NCBI GenBank assembly: GCA_964499705.1
Contig: CAZCME010000022.1
Coordinates: 1-64,000 of the forward strand
From: an uncultured bacterium
GTDB lineage: Bacteria > UBA8481
DNA: 64,000 nucleotides
Direction: 5' to 3'
Shown here: positions 19,820-29,987 of the stretch, piece by piece
How positions within the stretch are numbered: position 1 is the first letter of the stretch
How the letters are laid out: every line of letters begins with the position of its first letter
Translations under genes and position numbers: made by a program
The notes under the pieces: model-generated
Databases searched by the model: none
What the model was told of the DNA's origin: nothing
Seen by the model: only the letters and a program-made list of their open reading frames with translations

Positions 19820-21663
19820 ACCGGGAAAAGTCCGGCCACGCGGATCGCGGAACCGCGTTCGTTCATCCGCGTTATCCCGTCCCTGAAGTCGTCGTCCTCG
19901 GATCTCCCTCGCTGGACTTCATCCGAAAGGGCGATCGCACGGAGACTATGACGGGCGGGAACGCGCTGTTTGCCGCGATGGGCGCGGAGCTGGCCGGCGC
20001 GGAAGCGGCGATCCTGGGCCGCTGGCCCGAAAGCTTCGCTCCGAACGATCTCGCGGCCCTCGCCTGCCGGGTCGACACGTCGAGGCTGCTCATCGTCGCC
20101 GGCAGGCCGGGCCGGCGCGATTTCCTTTACGATGCCAGCGGCCATCTGGACTCCTCCACGGAATCGGCCGGACTGGAAACCCTGATCGCTCCGGCGGAAA
20201 TCCCCTCCGAATGGTCGCGCGCGAAGGCCGTCATCGTTCCGCTTCTCGGGCATCCTTCCCATCAGCTCGCCCACCTCATGTGGATCCGGGCATCGACGGA
20301 AATTCCGCTCGTCGCCGTCACGCTTGCTCCGGGCGTCGCGCATCGCGAACGCGGGTACTGCATCGACATTCTCCGCAACTGCGACGTCGCCTTCCTTTCG
20401 CTCGCCGACGCCTGCGTAATGGCGGATTCCGCCGACGTCTTCGCGTGGCTGGAGGAGAATGTCCGATGGAGCATCGTCTCGATGGGAGCGGCCGGCGTGG
20501 CCTTTGTGAGCGGCGGGCCGACGCGGGTGCTGCGCCTGGCCTTCGAGCCCGTGGATATCACGGGAGCGGAAGACGCGCTGGCGGGAGCCGTCATCGGATC
20601 GCTCTCTATGGGCCGGCCCATCGAAAACGCCCTCTTGTACGGCCTCGTGGCACGCCACGCCGCCTCGACCGATCTCGGCCTGCAGGGGCTCTATTCCTCC
20701 GATAGGCTCCATATCTCTCCCGATGCATCCGGCGCTTCGGCGACATCGACGGAACCGGTCGTTCCCGATTTCAACCGCATCGCCGCCCTCGCCAGGATCA
20801 TCGGCGGAGGCGGCCACAAGGCGTTCACTTTCACGGCGCCGGAACACTTCTATCCGCCCGTCGATCACCCCCGGGCTCTCGAATATTTCTTCGCCGTTGT
20901 GATGCATCAGTATGGATTCTGGAATCTCGATGACGGCGCTTGGGCGGGCTCGATGTTCGGCGTGGTCGACGGAATCCGGCTGAAGGGCTCCGACTTCGTC
21001 TGGAGATCGGCGACGAAAGCGCTCCTGGAGGAAAGGGACGATCTGACGGAATTTCTCGACGACGACGGCAGGTGTCCCCTGCCCATGCTGGATACGCATC
21101 GCGAGTTCTCGCGGCGATTCCGCGAATACAGCGCCCGGACCGGCCCGCGAGCGCTCCTCGATGAAGCGCTCGCATGCGACCGTCCGCTCGAAAAGCTGCT
21201 GGACATCCTCGATGACGTCCCCGGCTATTCCGGCGACAAGTTCCGGAAAAAATCGATGCTCCTGGCCATGACGCTCGTGAACCGCCCGGAGAAATTCCTC
21301 CGGGCGCGCGGCGAGGCCGAGCTGAGCGGATGGGCGCCGGTCGTCGATTACCACATCCAGAGAACTTCGCTCCGAACCGGCATCGTGCTCCCGCTGGACA
21401 GGGATCTGCGGGACAGGTTGAACGCGCGGCGGGAGCTTGCGGCGGAGGAGGAAGATGCGGTGAGGACCGCGACGTTTCGCGCCATGGAGGAACTTTCGCG
21501 GATATCGGGCGCCTCACACGCCGCGCTGGACCTGCTCTTCTTCCAGGCCCGCTCCCGGTGCCCCGAGGCGGAGGAACCGGATTGCCCGCATTGCCTCCTG
21601 GAATCCGCCTGCGCGAAGCAGAAGAAACTGTTTCAACCCGTGTTCAGGACGACCAGCTACTAG
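19816..21663 (+). CDS. Fusion: PfkB-family kinase-like domain + QNG1/DUF2419-like N-glycosylase domain with C-terminal 4-Cys motif
   Basis: N-terminal GG..AA PfkB motif and DITGAED; C-terminal [36 protein letters not shown]-x7-C-x2-C-x5-C, FRTTSY-stop. Overlaps the serS stop (TTGA). Confidence 0.7.
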   Translation: MNREKSGHADRGTAFVHPRYPVPEVVVLGSPSLDFIRKGDRTETMTGGNALFAAMGAELAGAEAAILGRWPESFAPNDLAALACRVDTSRLLIVAGRPGRRDFLYDASGHLDSSTESAGLETLIAPAEIPSEWSRAKAVIVPLLGHPSHQLAHLMWIRASTEIPLVAVTLAPGVAHRERGYCIDILRNCDVAFLSLADACVMADSADVFAWLEENVRWSIVSMGAAGVAFVSGGPTRVLRLAFEPVDITGAEDALAGAVIGSLSMGRPIENALLYGLVARHAASTDLGLQGLYSSDRLHISPDASGASATSTEPVVPDFNRIAALARIIGGGGHKAFTFTAPEHFYPPVDHPRALEYFFAVVMHQYGFWNLDDGAWAGSMFGVVDGIRLKGSDFVWRSATKALLEERDDLTEFLDDDGRCPLPMLDTHREFSRRFREYSARTGPRALLDEALACDRPLEKLLDILDDVPGYSGDKFRKKSMLLAMTLVNRPEKFLRARGEAELSGWAPVVDYHIQRTSLRTGIVLPLDRDLRDRLNARRELAAEEEDAVRTATFRAMEELSRISGASHAALDLLFFQARSRCPEAEEPDCPHCLLESACAKQKKLFQPVFRTTSY

Positions 21664-22274
21664 GAAAATATTCTCCCGAGCAATCCCGTCTTCTTAACCG
21701 CCATGGGAGGCCTCCCGGCGCTCCCGGATGAATCCACCCCGCTTGTCGTGCTGACGCTGACGTAGCGTTCCAGCGTGAGCCGGTAATCCGAGTCCACTTC
21801 CGTAAATTCCACGGCAACACCCCAGGCGTCATCCGGCGTCCTGATGCAGCGGACGACTCGTCCGCGCGCCTCGAAGGATTCGGGCGCGCTCGGCAACGAA
21901 ATTCGGAACCTGCCCGAGGCGCCTTCCGGAATCGGATCGGGGTACAGAAAGCAGACACCGCCGCCCGAGGCGTTGATGACCGTGGCGATGAGCGGGCCGT
22001 GCCTGGCGGCATCCGACATCAGCACTTCCATGACGAAGTTGACGTTGAAGCGCTCGTGCTGCCGGCGATCCGCGCCCGATTTCTCACCGGCATCCGGATC
22101 GATGAGCACATGATCGGGATAGAACTTGCGGCAGGAAGAACAGTACCAGAGCTCGCAGATTTTCCTGCCCGTGTCGTCGAAGCAGTCGGTCATGCGTTTT
22201 ACGGTGGTCGAGCTACAGAGTACGCAGGCGCGTGTCAGACCGGACATGGAAATATCATCCGGGAATCCGGTCAT
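21660..22274 (-). CDS. PilZ-domain (c-di-GMP-binding) protein with N-terminal Zn-ribbon-like CxxC pairs
   Basis: RRQHER (RxxxR) and NASGGG (D/NxSxxG); CVLC...CSSC upstream. Confidence 0.8.
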   Translation of the reverse strand: MTGFPDDISMSGLTRACVLCSSTTVKRMTDCFDDTGRKICELWYCSSCRKFYPDHVLIDPDAGEKSGADRRQHERFNVNFVMEVLMSDAARHGPLIATVINASGGGVCFLYPDPIPEGASGRFRISLPSAPESFEARGRVVRCIRTPDDAWGVAVEFTEVDSDYRLTLERYVSVSTTSGVDSSGSAGRPPMAVKKTGLLGRIFS

Positions 22275-22402
22275 GAAGGTCAAGGGGGACGAGCGTCATG
22301 CCGCGTTTTATTCTTGTCCCACGGCATGTCCTTCGCTACCTTGGCGGGCATGGCCTCGCATGTCGACACCTGTAGACGACCCCCTCCGGTGCATCAGGAC
22401 CC

Positions 22403-23455
22403 ATGAACGGGGGCAAGATCGAGCCGGTCCGCAAGGGTGAAAACCTCATATTCGCAGTCAATTTCGAGCGGGAGACCAAGAAGGTCTACGCGTTCAACAT
22501 CGACGACCTGAAGGGCGAGATCGAGAATGTCGAGGCCTTCTCCTGGATCGACATCCAGGGCCCGGATATCAGCGCCCTCAACGACATCCTCAGGCTGGTT
22601 GAAATCGACCTGAAGCTCATCAGCTATTTCGACAAGCCTGAAGTGCTGCCGCGCATCGTCGAGCGGCACGACTGTCTCGCTTTCTACCTCTACGAAGTGG
22701 AGGATCCGGAGAACCATCTCGATACCAGCTTGGGCCTCAACACGATCGATTCCGTCCGCGTCCTTCTCGTGCTCGGAATCGATTACATCCTGACATATCA
22801 CAAGACGGAGCTGGATACCGTGAACTACGTGCGCGAGCACTGCGCCGAATGCTTCCTGCACTGGGGCAAGACGCCGGGCTTCATCGCGTTCCTCTTCCTG
22901 CAGCGATGCCTGTACGACTACTCGCACCTGAATCTCGCCAACGACAACTACCTCGACAATCTCGAAGGCCAGGTGCTGGATGGCGATCGCACGAAATTCG
23001 CGGAGCACATATCGAACGCGGGGCGTAATATTCTCACGCTCAAAAAGCTCGTCTCCAGCCTCCATATCGTCCTGATGATCCTGGCGACGAAGAAGAGCCG
23101 GTTCATCAGCGAGGAGTCGCGGCTGTTCTACAAGGAGATGCTCGAAAACGCCGTGGCCGTCCGCGCCGCCGTCGACTCCTCACGCGATCTCCTCGACGGC
23201 ATCATCTCCACCATCCAGGCGGAGACGACACACCGCACCAGCGACATCACCGGAGTCCTCACGATCATGTCCTCCATCGTGCTCCCGCTTTCCCTCATCG
23301 CCGGCATCTACGGAATGAACTTCGAGTACATGCCGGAGCTGGCCTGGCGGTGGGGATATTTCGGCGTCCTGGGATTGATGATCGTGCTGGCCGTCATCCT
23401 CATCGCGGTTTTCCACCGCCTGGGTTGGATCGGCAGCAGGAAAGAACGGTACTAA
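22403..23455 (+). CDS. corA: CorA-family Mg2+/Co2+ transporter
   Basis: WIDI, GIYGMNFEYMPELAW signature, two C-terminal transmembrane helices. Confidence 0.92.
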   Translation: MNGGKIEPVRKGENLIFAVNFERETKKVYAFNIDDLKGEIENVEAFSWIDIQGPDISALNDILRLVEIDLKLISYFDKPEVLPRIVERHDCLAFYLYEVEDPENHLDTSLGLNTIDSVRVLLVLGIDYILTYHKTELDTVNYVREHCAECFLHWGKTPGFIAFLFLQRCLYDYSHLNLANDNYLDNLEGQVLDGDRTKFAEHISNAGRNILTLKKLVSSLHIVLMILATKKSRFISEESRLFYKEMLENAVAVRAAVDSSRDLLDGIISTIQAETTHRTSDITGVLTIMSSIVLPLSLIAGIYGMNFEYMPELAWRWGYFGVLGLMIVLAVILIAVFHRLGWIGSRKERY

Positions 23456-23485
23456 GGGGCCGAAACAGTTGTTTCTTCACGGGCC

Positions 23486-24049
23486 CTAGGGAACGAGCCG
23501 GCCATTTTCTATCTTCGTGCCCGGACCGGGAGAGGCTCCGCGCACCGTGCCGGACACGACCCTGATGATGCCGAAGCCGTCGGAAACGCCGAAGAGCGGA
23601 TCTCCCTCGATCGCCCAGAGCTTCCATGATCCGCTTTCTTTCTTCAGCATGAGCGCCGAGTCCTGCTCCCTCACCAGCCACTCCTGGCCGCCGAACGGAA
23701 TATAGGCGCGACGAAACCAGCGCATCTGCACGCGGCAGAGCGTATTCTCTTCGAAGAACTGGACGGACTCCACGAAGACCTCGAAGGAGGGATTGTCGAT
23801 GTTGCGGAAATCGTCCCTCACCGCCTGCGAAAACCAGACCCTGTTGCTGCCGCTGCCGGATGCGCCTCGAAATTCATCGGAGACCTGTTCCTCGAAGGAG
23901 AAGATATCCTCCATTTCATAGGCGCGGAAGAGCGCTTCGACGGCATCCCTGACGGGTGTCGCCGGGCGACGGAGATGCTGACGATATTTAATGTCCACGG
24001 CGCTGCAGCCGCAGGCCAGCAGAAGAGTCAGGACGATCAGTCTTCTCAT
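23486..24049 (-). CDS. Putative lipoprotein, possibly NTF2/SnoaL-like
   Basis: MRRLIVLTLLLACGC lipobox-like signal; 'VEALFRAYE..D...' and 'LKKESGSWKL' resemble the NTF2-like fold. Confidence 0.6.
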   Translation of the reverse strand: MRRLIVLTLLLACGCSAVDIKYRQHLRRPATPVRDAVEALFRAYEMEDIFSFEEQVSDEFRGASGSGSNRVWFSQAVRDDFRNIDNPSFEVFVESVQFFEENTLCRVQMRWFRRAYIPFGGQEWLVREQDSALMLKKESGSWKLWAIEGDPLFGVSDGFGIIRVVSGTVRGASPGPGTKIENGRLVP

Positions 24050-24101
24050 GGTGCCCCCCGTTTTCCGCACGCGCCCGCGATCTCGCGGCCACATGGAAAT
24101 C

Positions 24102-25376
24102 TTACACCCTCCCGCCGTACTTGATCACCGCCCGGAATGTCCGCAGGAGGATGGAAATGTCCATCTCGAGCGACCTGTTCATGGCGTAAAAGAGATCGAG
24201 CCGGGCTTTTTCCTCGTCGGTCAGCTCGTCACGGCCCGCCACCTGCACAAGGCCGGTCAGACCCGGCGTGGCTTCCAGCACCTGCATGCGCCAGGCCGGA
24301 TAGGTCGCCACCAGCTCAGGGAGCTCCGGGCGCGGTCCCACAAGCGACATCGAACCGAAGAGCACGTTGACGAGCTGCGGGAGCTCATCGAGCGACCAGC
24401 GCCTGAGAAATTTCCCGATGGGCGTGATGCGCCCGTCTTCCACGGCCGTCAGTCGCGGTCCAGGCGCGCCATGGATCATCGTCCTGAACTTCAGGATCCG
24501 GAACGATCGTCCGAAATGACCGGCACGTTCCTGGAGAAAAAAGACCGGGCCGGGCGAAGAAAGTTTCACGGCCATGGCCACGAGCACGATGAGCGGAGAG
24601 AGCGCGAGAAGCGATGCGATGGAGACCGAGATGTCGATGGCCCGCTTGGCATAGTGGTAGTGACGGTCCCGGCGCACGCTGCCCACTTCCATCGCCACGC
24701 ATCCGCCCAGGTCGACCGCCCGCGAACCGGACAGGAGAATATCCTCCACGTCCGCCAGGACAAAGACGCTCCGCCCCGCCGCCCGCACGAGGATCGACGG
24801 CTCGAAGTCGGCCGCGGCGACGAAGACCGCTTCCGCGGCATTCCCGTCCCGGGATTCGTCGAGACGGCTGTTGACGGCGGAGACGCGGTATTCCCATCCT
24901 TCCTGCTCCAGAAACATGTTCAGCCGCTCCGCCGTGATCCTGTTTCCCACGAGGATGGCCGCGCGGACCGGACGAAGAACGCGCGCGGCTTCTCCCTGGA
25001 GAAATCTCCAGAAAGTGGCCAGGGTGAGAAAGCAGAGCGATTCGTAAACAAGAACGAGCCGGGATGTTTCCAGGATCCGCGTGAAGAAAACCGAGGCCGC
25101 GAGGAGGACCGTTCCGGCCGCCCAGGCCTGGACGAGATCGGCGTAGTCGAAGCCGCGAGGAAACGCGAACGAGCGGCGATAGAGCCCGGCCGCGTAGAAT
25201 CCTCCGAGCCGGCACAGCACGATGACCGGCATCAGGACGCGGGCGTCCTCGAAATCGGCGACGGGAATGAGGGCTCCGAATCGAAGATAGAGGGCGACCT
25301 CCACGGCGACATAGACGACGATCGCGTCCAGCAAAAGAGCGGCCGCGGGCTCGAAGCCCCGCAATCTACCGCGCAT
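24102..25376 (-). CDS. Polyprenyl-phosphate sugar phosphotransferase (initiating glycosyl-1-P transferase)
   Basis: KRAIDI, PGPVFFLQERAG, ILKFRTM, RITPIGKFLRRWSLDELPQL, MSLVGPRPE, PGLTG. Confidence 0.92.
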   Translation of the reverse strand: MRGRLRGFEPAAALLLDAIVVYVAVEVALYLRFGALIPVADFEDARVLMPVIVLCRLGGFYAAGLYRRSFAFPRGFDYADLVQAWAAGTVLLAASVFFTRILETSRLVLVYESLCFLTLATFWRFLQGEAARVLRPVRAAILVGNRITAERLNMFLEQEGWEYRVSAVNSRLDESRDGNAAEAVFVAAADFEPSILVRAAGRSVFVLADVEDILLSGSRAVDLGGCVAMEVGSVRRDRHYHYAKRAIDISVSIASLLALSPLIVLVAMAVKLSSPGPVFFLQERAGHFGRSFRILKFRTMIHGAPGPRLTAVEDGRITPIGKFLRRWSLDELPQLVNVLFGSMSLVGPRPELPELVATYPAWRMQVLEATPGLTGLVQVAGRDELTDEEKARLDLFYAMNRSLEMDISILLRTFRAVIKYGGRV

Positions 25377-25418
25377 CAGGACGCGGGCGCGTGGAACGGA
25401 ATTTCGGCAGACGGGAGG

Positions 25419-27254
25419 TCATTGCGGAGCGTATTCCGGAACCAGCTTCTTCAACGCCGTCCTCAGACCGGCCTCGTCGAAAAGTTTGCCGCCGAGCGAA
25501 TCCAGTTCGGCCGTGAAGTCCGCGGACACATCCTCGTCGCGCGTGATGCGGAAAACCTTTTCCACTCCGGCCGGCGCCACGTTCTCCCCTTCCGTCAGGA
25601 CTTCCTCGAAGAGTTTTTCCCCGGGACGAAGTCCCGTGAAATGGATGGGGATATCCAGTTCGGGCCGGAGACCCGCGAGCGTGATCATGTTCTTCGCCAG
25701 GTCGAGGATCCGGATCGGCTGCCCCATCTCCAGCACGAACAACTCGTGGCGCTTCGCGAGAATCGAAGCCTGGATCACGAGAAAGACCGCCTCCTGCACC
25801 GTCATGAAGAACCGGACGACATGCGGATGCGTCACGGTCACGGGACCGCCCGACTCGATCTGGCGGCGGAACAGGAGCGGCGCGGAGCCGCTGGAGCCGA
25901 AGACGTTGCCAAAGCGCACGGCGGAAACGAGCATTCCTCCGCCATGATGACGCGCCATGGCGAAGAGCCACTTCTCCGCCGCGCGCTTGGTGGCGCCCAT
26001 CACGCTGGCTGGGCGCACCGCCTTGTCCGTGGAGATGAAAACGAATCGCGACACGCCGCTCGCCGCGGCAGCCTCGGCGACATTCCTCGTTCCGATGATG
26101 TTGACGGAAACGGCCTCGCTGACGTTCTCCTCCATCAAGGGCACATGCTTGAACGCGGCGGCATGGAAGACGATTTCGGGCTTCTCCCGGTCCATGATCT
26201 CCCGGATCCTGTCCGCCCGCCGCACGTCGGCAATGTAGGCGCGCATCCGGCCGGACGCGCCTTCCCGCCCACCGAGCTCCTGCGTGATCATGTAGATGGC
26301 CGTCTCCGAAAGATCGACGAGCACGATCCGCGCGTCGGCATCGAGAAGCTGCCGGCAGAGCTCCGAACCGATGGACCCTCCCGCGCCGGTCACGAGCACC
26401 TTCCTGCCGGACATCTCCTTCCGAAACTGGCCGGGATCGATCTCGATCATTTCACGCCCCAGGAGGTCCTCCGGCTTCAATTCCCTGATCCGCTCGAAAT
26501 CGACATCGCCCTTGATGATCGACAACAGGCCCGGCACGACGCGGAACCTCGTCTTCACCTCGCGGCAGGCGGCGATCATCTCCCGGACGGTCTCCCCCGA
26601 CGCGGAAGGAATCGCGATGATGAGCTCCTCCGCTTTCAACGCGGCCACCGCCGCCGGAATCTCCTCACGGCCGCCGATGACGCGCACGCCGTCGATCCAG
26701 AGCCCCTTCTTCGAAGCGTTGTCGTCGATGAATCCGACGACATTCATGTCCGATTGCGGATGCTTGCGGATCTCCCGCAGCGTCATGACGCCCGCGTCGC
26801 CCGCGCCGATGATGATGATGTTCCGACCCGACTCCGAAATGCTCCGGGGGCGCCGGCCCGTCTTCGGAAAAAGAATGCGGTCGGGCAGCACGCGAAAGCC
26901 GAAGCGATAGGAACCGAGGATGAAGAGCGTGAAGAGGGGTTCGAGGAGCAGCGAACCGCGGGAGGCGCCGGAAGGGCCGGCGAGGTAGGTCGCGGCCCAC
27001 CCGAGGAGCGTGCCGAGCGAAATCGCCGAAAGCAGCCAGCGCAGTTCCGTGGGGCCCGCGTAACGGAACGACCATCGGTGGCAGTTGAAGAGGTGAAGCG
27101 CGACGAGCTTTCCGACGACGACACCGGGCAGCGCGTAGAGAATAAGCTGCAGCTCGTCGCGCGGAATATCGCCGTCGAATCGCACGGAGGCGGCGAGGAA
27201 GAGCGCGCTGATGATGCCCAGCGAGTCCACGAGAAGCATGGTCAGGCGCCGCAT
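25419..27254 (-). CDS. Membrane-anchored UDP-GlcNAc 4,6-dehydratase (CapD/PglF family)
   Basis: Four N-terminal TMs, GAGDAG, VTGAGGSIGSELCRQ, HAAAFKHVP, STDKAV, GATK, VRFGNV, GLRPGEKL. Confidence 0.92.
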   Translation of the reverse strand: MRRLTMLLVDSLGIISALFLAASVRFDGDIPRDELQLILYALPGVVVGKLVALHLFNCHRWSFRYAGPTELRWLLSAISLGTLLGWAATYLAGPSGASRGSLLLEPLFTLFILGSYRFGFRVLPDRILFPKTGRRPRSISESGRNIIIIGAGDAGVMTLREIRKHPQSDMNVVGFIDDNASKKGLWIDGVRVIGGREEIPAAVAALKAEELIIAIPSASGETVREMIAACREVKTRFRVVPGLLSIIKGDVDFERIRELKPEDLLGREMIEIDPGQFRKEMSGRKVLVTGAGGSIGSELCRQLLDADARIVLVDLSETAIYMITQELGGREGASGRMRAYIADVRRADRIREIMDREKPEIVFHAAAFKHVPLMEENVSEAVSVNIIGTRNVAEAAAASGVSRFVFISTDKAVRPASVMGATKRAAEKWLFAMARHHGGGMLVSAVRFGNVFGSSGSAPLLFRRQIESGGPVTVTHPHVVRFFMTVQEAVFLVIQASILAKRHELFVLEMGQPIRILDLAKNMITLAGLRPELDIPIHFTGLRPGEKLFEEVLTEGENVAPAGVEKVFRITRDEDVSADFTAELDSLGGKLFDEAGLRTALKKLVPEYAPQ

Positions 27255-27345
27255 GTGTCAGGCGACCCGCTGCGTGGGACGAGCGACTGTCATGGCGCGG
27301 TCAGCATGAAGGCTCATCGTAAATCGTATTCGCCGCAGCGTAAAA

Positions 27346-28803
27346 TCATCTTTGTCGCTTCCATTCCAGAAAGAGTCCCGCCGGAATCAATTCCCCGCGG
27401 CGACCGAGTTCCTCCGGAGCATGATATTCGGGATCGACGCCCGCCAGGAAGATGGGAAGACCGCCGGATTGACGGATCAGCCGGTCGAAATCGGACAGCC
27501 TGTCTTCCTCGGAGAGCGCCAGGGCCCGGATCCCGGGCAGTCGTTTCTCCACGCGCGAGGCGTAATCGACGACGGGCATGATCTCCGGATCGGCGATCAG
27601 CACGGCATCGCGCGGCAGGAACTTTTCCATGTCGTCGATGCAGGGCGCGGCGCCCTCGTAACGCTTCACAGGCCACAGGGCATACCAGAGCGCGTTCTGC
27701 CAGGGGGTGCTGAGGAGCCGGGCTCGCGGGCCGGACGCGGTCACAAGACGTTGTTCCATGTCGGACGCATGCGCAAGGTAGACGATGGACGCCGTTGTCG
27801 CGATCGGCAGGACGGCGAGCGAGAACGCGAGGACGGGCGTCATGAAGAGCACGCGTTCCTTGCGAAGCGCGCGCAGCCTGTAGAGATGATCGAGGCCGTA
27901 TGCGATCAGGATTGTCGCGGCCAGTGAAGCGGGAAGGAGCGCGTCCAGATGGTCGCGGAACGTGAGCGGATGAGAGGACAGCGCGTTCCAGGGCATGGCG
28001 GAAAGGAGCATCGTCAGGAGAATTTCAAGAATGAGCGGGGAGCGGCGGCTCAGGTGCTTCATCCCCCAGGCCAGGAGCAACCAGTTGACGAACGGAAACT
28101 GAAATGCGATGGAAAGAAGGAGAATCCAGGAGGCGTGAAATCCGAAATCCGACGTGCTGGATGAAACGGCAAGGATCAACAGGATCCACGGAACGAACAG
28201 TTTCGGCGAGCGGAAACGAAGCCGAAGGCCGAGCCAGGCGAACGGGAGCAACGACGCCGCCACGGAGACCGGCTGGACCGAGAAGGCGAGAAGGGACCCG
28301 CACGCCGCGATGAGGACGTCTCGCTTTGTCTTCAGGTGCAGGAAGCGGACCAGGAAGTGGAGCTCCACCGCGAGAAACAACATCGCCATGGCGGAGACAT
28401 TGGGACGGGTCGAATGGGAAAACCAGGCCTGCGACAGGGCGAGGGCGGCCAGGGCGATGAGCGCCGTGCGGCCCGGAATGTTGCAGAGACGGATCGTCAG
28501 GTAGACGACGAGAAGCGTTGCCACCGACAGGAGGACGCAGAAGATCGTAACGGCCGCGGCGGGATTACCGAACGGCATCGCCAACACGAAGAGCCGGGCC
28601 GGAATGCGGAAGATCGCGGGGAAGATGTCGCCGCTTCCGGAGGCGCCCGTGATGCAGGTCGTCTGGAGCGCCGCTTCCGTGCCCCAACCCGGACCTGTCA
28701 GGCATGTCGCGGCATAAAGCGCGAGGCTGCAGAATAACAGGACGATGATGTCGCGCCCGGTTTCCGCATCCGGGCCCGCAAGATCGGATTCCGGTTCCAT
28801 CAT
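27346..28803 (-). CDS. Multi-pass membrane protein, degenerate DUF2723/TMEM260-like GT-C
   Basis: YAAT..., RLFVLAMPFGNPAAAV and ALSQAWFSHS follow the DUF2723 layout as I recall it, but the DSGE, HPPG and EVY motifs are altered. Start MMEPES at 28803. Confidence 0.55.
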   Translation of the reverse strand: MMEPESDLAGPDAETGRDIIVLLFCSLALYAATCLTGPGWGTEAALQTTCITGASGSGDIFPAIFRIPARLFVLAMPFGNPAAAVTIFCVLLSVATLLVVYLTIRLCNIPGRTALIALAALALSQAWFSHSTRPNVSAMAMLFLAVELHFLVRFLHLKTKRDVLIAACGSLLAFSVQPVSVAASLLPFAWLGLRLRFRSPKLFVPWILLILAVSSSTSDFGFHASWILLLSIAFQFPFVNWLLLAWGMKHLSRRSPLILEILLTMLLSAMPWNALSSHPLTFRDHLDALLPASLAATILIAYGLDHLYRLRALRKERVLFMTPVLAFSLAVLPIATTASIVYLAHASDMEQRLVTASGPRARLLSTPWQNALWYALWPVKRYEGAAPCIDDMEKFLPRDAVLIADPEIMPVVDYASRVEKRLPGIRALALSEEDRLSDFDRLIRQSGGLPIFLAGVDPEYHAPEELGRRGELIPAGLFLEWKRQR

Positions 28804-29987
28804 CGGCCGGAACGCAGGGGGCCGGTTTCGGGCGAACAAGCGCGGCGCGTCGAAGCGGCCTTCTCCCAGGAAGCCTGCGATCTGCCGAACAGGCCGGAAA
28901 GGGCGCCGATGAACGCGGCCGCGGTGGCTCCCGCGAGATAGCAGACCGCGGAGATCACGGGAATTCTCCGGCCGGTCCATGCCGCGATGGAACCCGTCAG
29001 GAGGACCGCCGTGGAGAGGGGGAGCGCGGATCGGCAGGCGATCGCGACCGGACGCATCGCCGCGCTTTTCTCGAAGACTCGGGAAGCCGGGCGCGCGGAG
29101 ACGAGCGCGAGAAGCCCCAGCGGAAAAAGAAACCAGCGGATCGCTTTCTGAGAAACGAGCGCGAAGCAGGTGAGCGGATTCGGCAGACCGAACGTGAGGC
29201 TCCTCGCCACCCGGATATCCTGCGCCACCATCCGGACGCGGCGGCGCCATTCCTCCCTCATCGCCGTTCCCGCCCGCTCGTACGCCACCGCGTCACGGAC
29301 GAATATGTTCCGGCGGCCCGCCCGATGCAGCGAGAGAGGCACGTAGGAATCGTCGGCCAGATCGGTCTCCAGCGCGGCCGGCCAATCCTCCTTCCTGACC
29401 GCGTAGATGCCGCCCGCGCCCATCAGCAGGAGACCGCTGTCCGACGCATAAGTCTTGATCATGGTCTCGTATTTCCAGTAGAGATTCTCCCCTTCCGCCG
29501 AACCCGCTTCCGCCGGATTGGAATAGCGGAGATCTCCCGCGGCGATGCCGACGTCGGGATCGCGGAGCGGCTCTACGAGGAGGTCGACGGCGCCGGTCTC
29601 GAAGCGCGTGTTCGCGTCGGTGATCACGAGGACGTCGCCCGCCGCGGCGCTCACGCCCTCGTGAAGCGCGCGGATCTTGCCGCCGCGAGGAAGTTCGATG
29701 ACCCTGGCTCCCGCGTCACGCGCGCATTCCGCGGTGCGGTCCGTGGAGCCGTCGGAGATGACGATGACTTCCAGCAGGCGCGCCGAACCATTCTCCAGAA
29801 GATTCGCGACACGTTCTCCGATCTCAGTCTCCTCGTTGTGCGCGGCGACGAGCGCGGTGACGCGCGGCGAGGGCAGGATGTTGCGCGAAGCAAAGGGCTC
29901 CCTCCTGCCGGCAAGCACTTTCACGAAGAAGGGATAGCCGGCGATATTCCAGGTTATGATCGAGAGCGAGGCGAGAAAAACGATCAT
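28800..29987 (-). CDS. Glycosyltransferase family 2 (membrane-associated)
   Basis: VAAHNEE, SDGSTDRT, GKIRAL, TDAN, GGIYAVRK, DD, EWRRRVR. Confidence 0.9.
   Translation of the reverse strand: MIVFLASLSIITWNIAGYPFFVKVLAGRREPFASRNILPSPRVTALVAAHNEETEIGERVANLLENGSARLLEVIVISDGSTDRTAECARDAGARVIELPRGGKIRALHEGVSAAAGDVLVITDANTRFETGAVDLLVEPLRDPDVGIAAGDLRYSNPAEAGSAEGENLYWKYETMIKTYASDSGLLLMGAGGIYAVRKEDWPAALETDLADDSYVPLSLHRAGRRNIFVRDAVAYERAGTAMREEWRRRVRMVAQDIRVARSLTFGLPNPLTCFALVSQKAIRWFLFPLGLLALVSARPASRVFEKSAAMRPVAIACRSALPLSTAVLLTGSIAAWTGRRIPVISAVCYLAGATAAAFIGALSGLFGRSQASWEKAASTRRACSPETGPLRSGR

Noticed and set aside
23991-27581. 1196-aa + strand ORF, and similar long ORFs such as 18..1307, 12216..14519, 19750..21354, 42203..44125
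   Set aside because: Antisense or off-frame shadows of well-supported genes in GC-rich DNA; Arg/Gly/Pro-rich with no recognisable motifs.
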